A stretch of DNA of 64,000 bases from contig CM121342.1 in NCBI GenBank assembly GCA_051530055.1, forward strand, positions 5,145,489 through 5,209,488, given 5' to 3'. Position 1 is the first letter of the stretch; each line of letters starts with the position of its first letter. The translations under genes and the position numbers were made by a program. This DNA comes from Neoechinorhynchus agilis (taxonomy: Eukaryota; Animalia; Acanthocephala). Positions 59,047-64,000 of the stretch are shown one piece after another. Under the pieces are notes generated by a model. The model saw nothing but the letters and a program-made list of their open reading frames with translations, ran no database searches and was not told the DNA's origin.

Positions 59047-62000
59047 TGAAAATTTTCGGCCTTTTCGTTGGCCTTCTTCAGTGATCTACAATTTAAAAGA
59101 AACATTATCAATTAGTTTATCCGGTGGGACTCGTAGATTGAGTTTATAGTCAGATTTGTTGCCAACCAAAGTACCTGTTTGCTGGATCATGATGGCTTCC
59201 ATGGTCACTCTGTCGCGTCTTACGTCACTCCTCGCAAGAACTTCGACGCCGCCAAAATTGATCTCATGCCCATTGTCATTGATGTGGGACACTATTGCCG
59301 AGCTCACATCAGACTTTTTGATAGCGGCTCTTCTGTGTTCAGCAATCCTTCTTTTTAGATTGTTCGTTTGTCCCACATATGACAGACTGCAATTCGAACA
59401 TGGGATCTTATAGACACACCCAGCTGGAAGATCTTCATTCTTCGGTCGGAGTATTTGAAAATTTTCGGCCTTTTCGTTGGCCTTCTTCAGTCAGATCTAC
59501 AATTTAAAAGAAACATTATCATTTAGTTTATCCGGTGGGATTCGCAGATTGAGTTTATAGTCAGCTTTGTTGCCAACAAAAGTACCTGTTTGCTGGATCA
59601 TGATGGCTTCCATGGTCACTCTGTCGCGTCTTACGTCACTCCTCGCAAGAACTTCGACGCCGTCAAGATTGATCTCATTCCCATTGTCATTGACGTGGGA
59701 CACTATTGCCGAGCTCACATCAGACTTTTTGATAGCTGCTCTTCTGTGTGCAGCAATCCTTCTTTTTAGATTGTTCGTTTGTCCCACATATAACAGGCTG
59801 CAATTCGAACATGGGATCTTATAGACACATCCAGCTGGAAGATCTTCATTCTTCGGTCGGAGTATTTGAAAATTTTCGGCCTTTTCGTTGGCCTTCTTCA
59901 GTCAGATCTACAATTTAAAAGAAACATTATCAATTAGTTTATCCGGTGGGACTCGTAGATTGAGTTTATAGTCAGATTTGTTGCCAACCAAAGTACCTGT
60001 TTGCTGGATCATGATGGCTTCCATGGTCACTCTGTCGCGTCTTACGTCACTCCTCGCAAGAACTTCGACGCCGTCAAAATTGATCTCATGCCCATTGTAA
60101 TTGATGTGGGACACTATTGACGAGCTCACATCAGACTTTTTGATAGCTGCTCTTCTGTGTTCAGCAATCCTTCTTTTTAGATTGTTCGTTTGTCCCACAT
60201 ATGACAGACTGTAATTCGAACATGGGATCTGATAGACACATCCAGCTGGAAGATCTTCATTCTTCGGTCGGAGTATTTGAAAATTTTCGACCTTTTCGTT
60301 GGCCTTCTTCAGTCAGATCTACAATTTAAAAGAAACATTATCAATTTGTTTATCCGGTGGGATTCGTAGATTGAGTTTATAGTCAGCTTTGTTGCCAACC
60401 AAAGTACCTGTTTGCTGGATCATGATGACTTCCATGGTCACTCTGTCGCGTCTTACGTCACTCCTCGCAAGAACTTCGACGCCGTCAAAATTGATCTCAT
60501 GCCCATTGTCATTGATGTGGGACACTATTGCCGAGCTCACATCAGACTTTTTGATAGCTGCTCTTCTGTGTTCAGCAATCCTTCTTTTTAGATTGTTCGT
60601 TTGTCCCACATATGACCGACTGTAATTCGAACATGGGATCTGATAGACACATCCAGCTGGAAGATCTTCATTCTTCGGTCGGAGTATTTGAAAATTTTCG
60701 GCCTTTTCGTTGGCTTTCTTCAGTCAGATCTACAATTTAAAAGAAACATTATCAATTTGTTTATCCGATGAGATTCGTAGATTGAGTTTATAGTCAGCTT
60801 TGTTGCCAACCAAAGTACCTGTTTGCTGGATCATGATGGCTTCCATGGTCACTCTGCCGCGTCTTACGTCACTCCTCGCAAGAACTTCGACACCGTCAAA
60901 ATTGATCTCATGCCCATTGCCATTGACGTGGGACACTATTGCCGAGCTCACATCAGACTTTTTGATAGCTGCTCTTCTGTGTTAGCAATCCTTCTTTTTA
61001 GATTGTTCGTTTGTCCCGCATATGACAGACTGCAATTCGAACATGGGATTTATAGACACATCCAGCTGAAAGATCTTCATTCTCCGGTCGGAGTATTTGA
61101 ACATTTTCGGCCTTTTCGTTGGCCTTTTCGTTGGCCTTCTTCAGTCAGATCTACAATTTAAAAGAAACATTATCAATTTGTTTATCCGGTGGGATTCGTA
61201 GATTGAGTTTATAGTCAGCTTTGTTGCCAACCAAAGTACCTGTTTGCTGGATCATGATGGCTTCCATGGTCACTGTCGCGTCTTACGTCACTCCTCGCAA
61301 GAACTTCGACGCCGTCAAAATTGATCTCATGCCCATTGTCATTGATGTGGGACACTATTGCCGAGCTCACATCAGAATTTTTGATAGCTGCTCTTCTGTG
61401 TGCAGCAATCCTTCTTTTGAGATTGTTTGTTTGTCCCTCATATGACAGACTGCAATTCGAACATGGGATCTTATAGACACATCCAGCTGGAAGATCTTCA
61501 TTCTTCGGTCGGAGTATTTGAACATTTTCGGCCTTTTCGTTGGCCTTCTTCAGTCAGATCTACAATTTAAAAGAAACATTATCAGTTACTTAATCCGGTG
61601 GGATTCGTAGATTGAGTTTATAGTCAGCTTTGTTGCCAACAAAAGTATCCGTTTGCTGGATCATGATGGCTTCCATGGTCACTCTGCCGCGTCTTACGTC
61701 ACACTCCTCACCCGCAAGAACTTCGACACCGTCAAAATTGATCTCATGCCCATTGCCATTGACGTGGGACACTATTGCCGAGCTCACATCCAGACTTTTT
61801 GATAGCTGCTCTTCTGTGTTAGCAATCCTTCTTTTTAGATTGTTCGTTTGTCCCGCATATGACAGACTGCAATTCGAACATGGGATTTATAGACACATCC
61901 AGCTGAAAGATCTTCATTCTTCGGTCGGAGTATTTGAACATTTTCGGCCTTTTCGTTGGCCTTCTTCAGTCAGATCTACAATTTAAAAGAAACATTATCA

Positions 62001-64000
62001 ATTTGTTTATCCGGTGGGATTCGTAGATTGAGTTTATAGTCAGCTTTGTTGCCAACCAAAGCACCTGTTTGCTGGATCATGATGGCTTCCATGGTCACTC
62101 TGTCGCGTCTTACGTCACTCCTCGCAAGAACTTCGACGCCGTCAAAATTGATCTCATGCCCATTGTCATTGATGTGGGACACTATTGCCGAGCTCACATC
62201 AGACTTTTTGATAGCTGCTCTTCTGTGTTCAGCAATCCTTCTTTTTAGATTGTTCGTTTGTCCCACATATGACAGACTGCAATTCGAACATGGATCTTAT
62301 AGACACATCCAGCTGGAAGATCTTCATTCATCGGTCGGAGTATTTGAAAATTTTCGGCCTTTTCGTAGGCCTTCTTCAGTCAGATCTACAATTTAAAAGA
62401 AACATTATCAATTTGTTTATCCGGTGGGATTCGTAGATTGAGTTAATAGTCAGCTTTGTTGCCAACCAAAGTACCTGTTTGCTGGATCATGATGGCTTCC
62501 ATGGTCACTCTGTCGCGTCTTACGTCACTCCTCGCAAGAACTTCGACGCCGTCAAAATTGATCTCATGCCCATTGTCATTGATGTGGGACACTATTGCCT
62601 AGCTCACATCAGACTTTTTGATAGCTGCTCTTCTGTGTTCAGCAATCCTTCTTTTTAGATTGTTCGTTTGTCCCACATATGACAGACTGCAATTCGAACA
62701 TAGGATCTTATAGACACATCCAGCTGGAAGATCTTCATTCTTCGGTCGGAGTATTTGAAAATTTTCGGCCTTTTCGTTGACCTTCTTCAGTCAGATCTAC
62801 AATTTAAAAGAAACATTATCAGTTAGTTAATCCGGTGGGATTCGTAGATTGAGTTTATAGTCAGCTTTGTTGCCAACAAAAGTATCCGTTTGCTGGATCA
62901 TGATGGCTTCCATGGTCACTCTGCCGCGTCTTACGTCACTCCTCGCAAGAACTTCGACACCGTCAAAATTGATCTCATGCCCATTGCCATTGACGTGGGA
63001 CACTATTGCCGAGCTCACATCAGACTCTTTGATAGCTGCTCTTCTGTGTTAGCAATCCTTCTTTTTAGATTGTTCGTTTGTCCCGCATATGACAGGCTGC
63101 AATTCGAACATGGGATTTATAGACACATCCAGCTGGAAGATCTTCATTCTTCGGTCGGAGTATTTGAACATTTTCGGCCTTTTCGTTGGCCTTCTTCAGT
63201 CAGATCTACAATTTAAAAGAAACATTATCAATTTGTTTGTCCGGTGGGATTCGTAGATTGAGTTTATAGTCAGCTTTGTTGCCAACCAAAGTACCTGTTT
63301 GCTGGATCATGATGGCTTCCATGGTCACTCTGTCGCGTCTTACGTCACTCCTCGCAAGAACTTCGACGCCGTCAAAATTGATCTCATGCCCATTGTCATT
63401 GACGTGGGACACTATTGCCGAGCTCACATCAGACTTTTTGATAGCTGCTCTTCTGTGTGCAGCAATCCTTCTTTTTAGATTGTTTGTTTGTCCCACATAT
63501 GACAGACTGCAATTCGAACATGGGATCTGATAGACACATCCAGCTGGAAGATCTTCATTCATCGGTCGGAGTATTTGAAAATTTTCGGCCTTTTCGTTGG
63601 CCTTCTTCAGTCAGATCTACAATTTAAAAGAAACATTATCAATTTGTTTATCCGGTGGGATTCGTAGATTGAGTTAATAGTCAGCTTTGTTGCCCACCAA
63701 AGTACCTGTTTGCTGGATCATGATGGCTTCCATGGTCACTCTGTCGCGTCTTACGTCACTCCTCGCAAGAACTTCGACGCCGTCAAAATTGATCTCATGC
63801 CCATTGTCATTGATGTGGGACACTATTGCCTAGCTCACATCAGCCTTTTTGATAGCTGCTCTTCTGTGTTCAGCAATCCTTCTTTTTAGATTGTTCGTTT
63901 GTCCCACATATGACAGACTGCAATTCGAACATGGGATCTTATAGACACATCCAGCTGGAAGATCTTCATTCTTCGGTCGGAGTATTTGAAAATTTTCGGC
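59047..64000 (-). mobile_element. Tandem array (at least 12 x 411 bp) of a Penelope-like GIY-YIG endonuclease plus hammerhead unit; runs off the window end
   Basis: GCVYQIPCSNCSLSYVGQT..RRIAEH..SH..MEAIMI, a stop, then ATCTGA-CTGAAGA-A-GGCC..GGCC-GAAA-ATTT-TCAAAT. Spacing is 411 bp (59086, 59497, 59908, 60319, 60730...). Confidence 0.95.

Noticed and set aside
2738-63530. Numerous 60-150-aa antisense or alternative-frame ORFs in the ORF track
   Set aside because: They are shadows of real genes, microsatellites or repeat units, with no independent motifs.

Overview
Eukaryotic (invertebrate animal) DNA from a very compact genome, with most introns about 35-55 bp and GT-AG. The left ~45 kb is gene-dense: cathepsin L, an F-box/LRR gene, two tandem hormone-sensitive-lipase paralogues, ES1/GATD3, NTE/swiss-cheese, MZT1, a kune-type claudin, NXT1, an orphan with an RVxF-like motif, a Dsp1-like HMGB, a non-alpha nAChR subunit, syndecan and UCKL1. 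The right ~19 kb is a retroelement jungle: an orphan 28S fragment starting exactly at the R2 site, several APE/RT LINEs, and tandem arrays of an RT fragment (351 bp), a tRNA-Ser-derived hammerhead retrozyme (381 bp) and a Penelope GIY-YIG plus hammerhead unit (411 bp). Top candidate new system: six insertions of 49-473 bp interrupt conserved coding exons of five otherwise intact host genes. Each has its own imperfect terminal inverted repeats and lies at a duplicated TA (exact in four, near-exact in two). None has a GT-AG solution that restores the conserved protein, while removing the element plus one TA does so in four cases (two more need a one-base deviation). This suggests either structure-guided non-canonical splicing or ciliate-IES-like DNA excision in an animal. 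Second candidate: a hammerhead whose three core strands are in a non-standard order, implying a pseudoknotted or domain-swapped dimeric ribozyme. All alignments, counts and folds were done by eye, with no database search, so junctions and copy numbers need computational confirmation.
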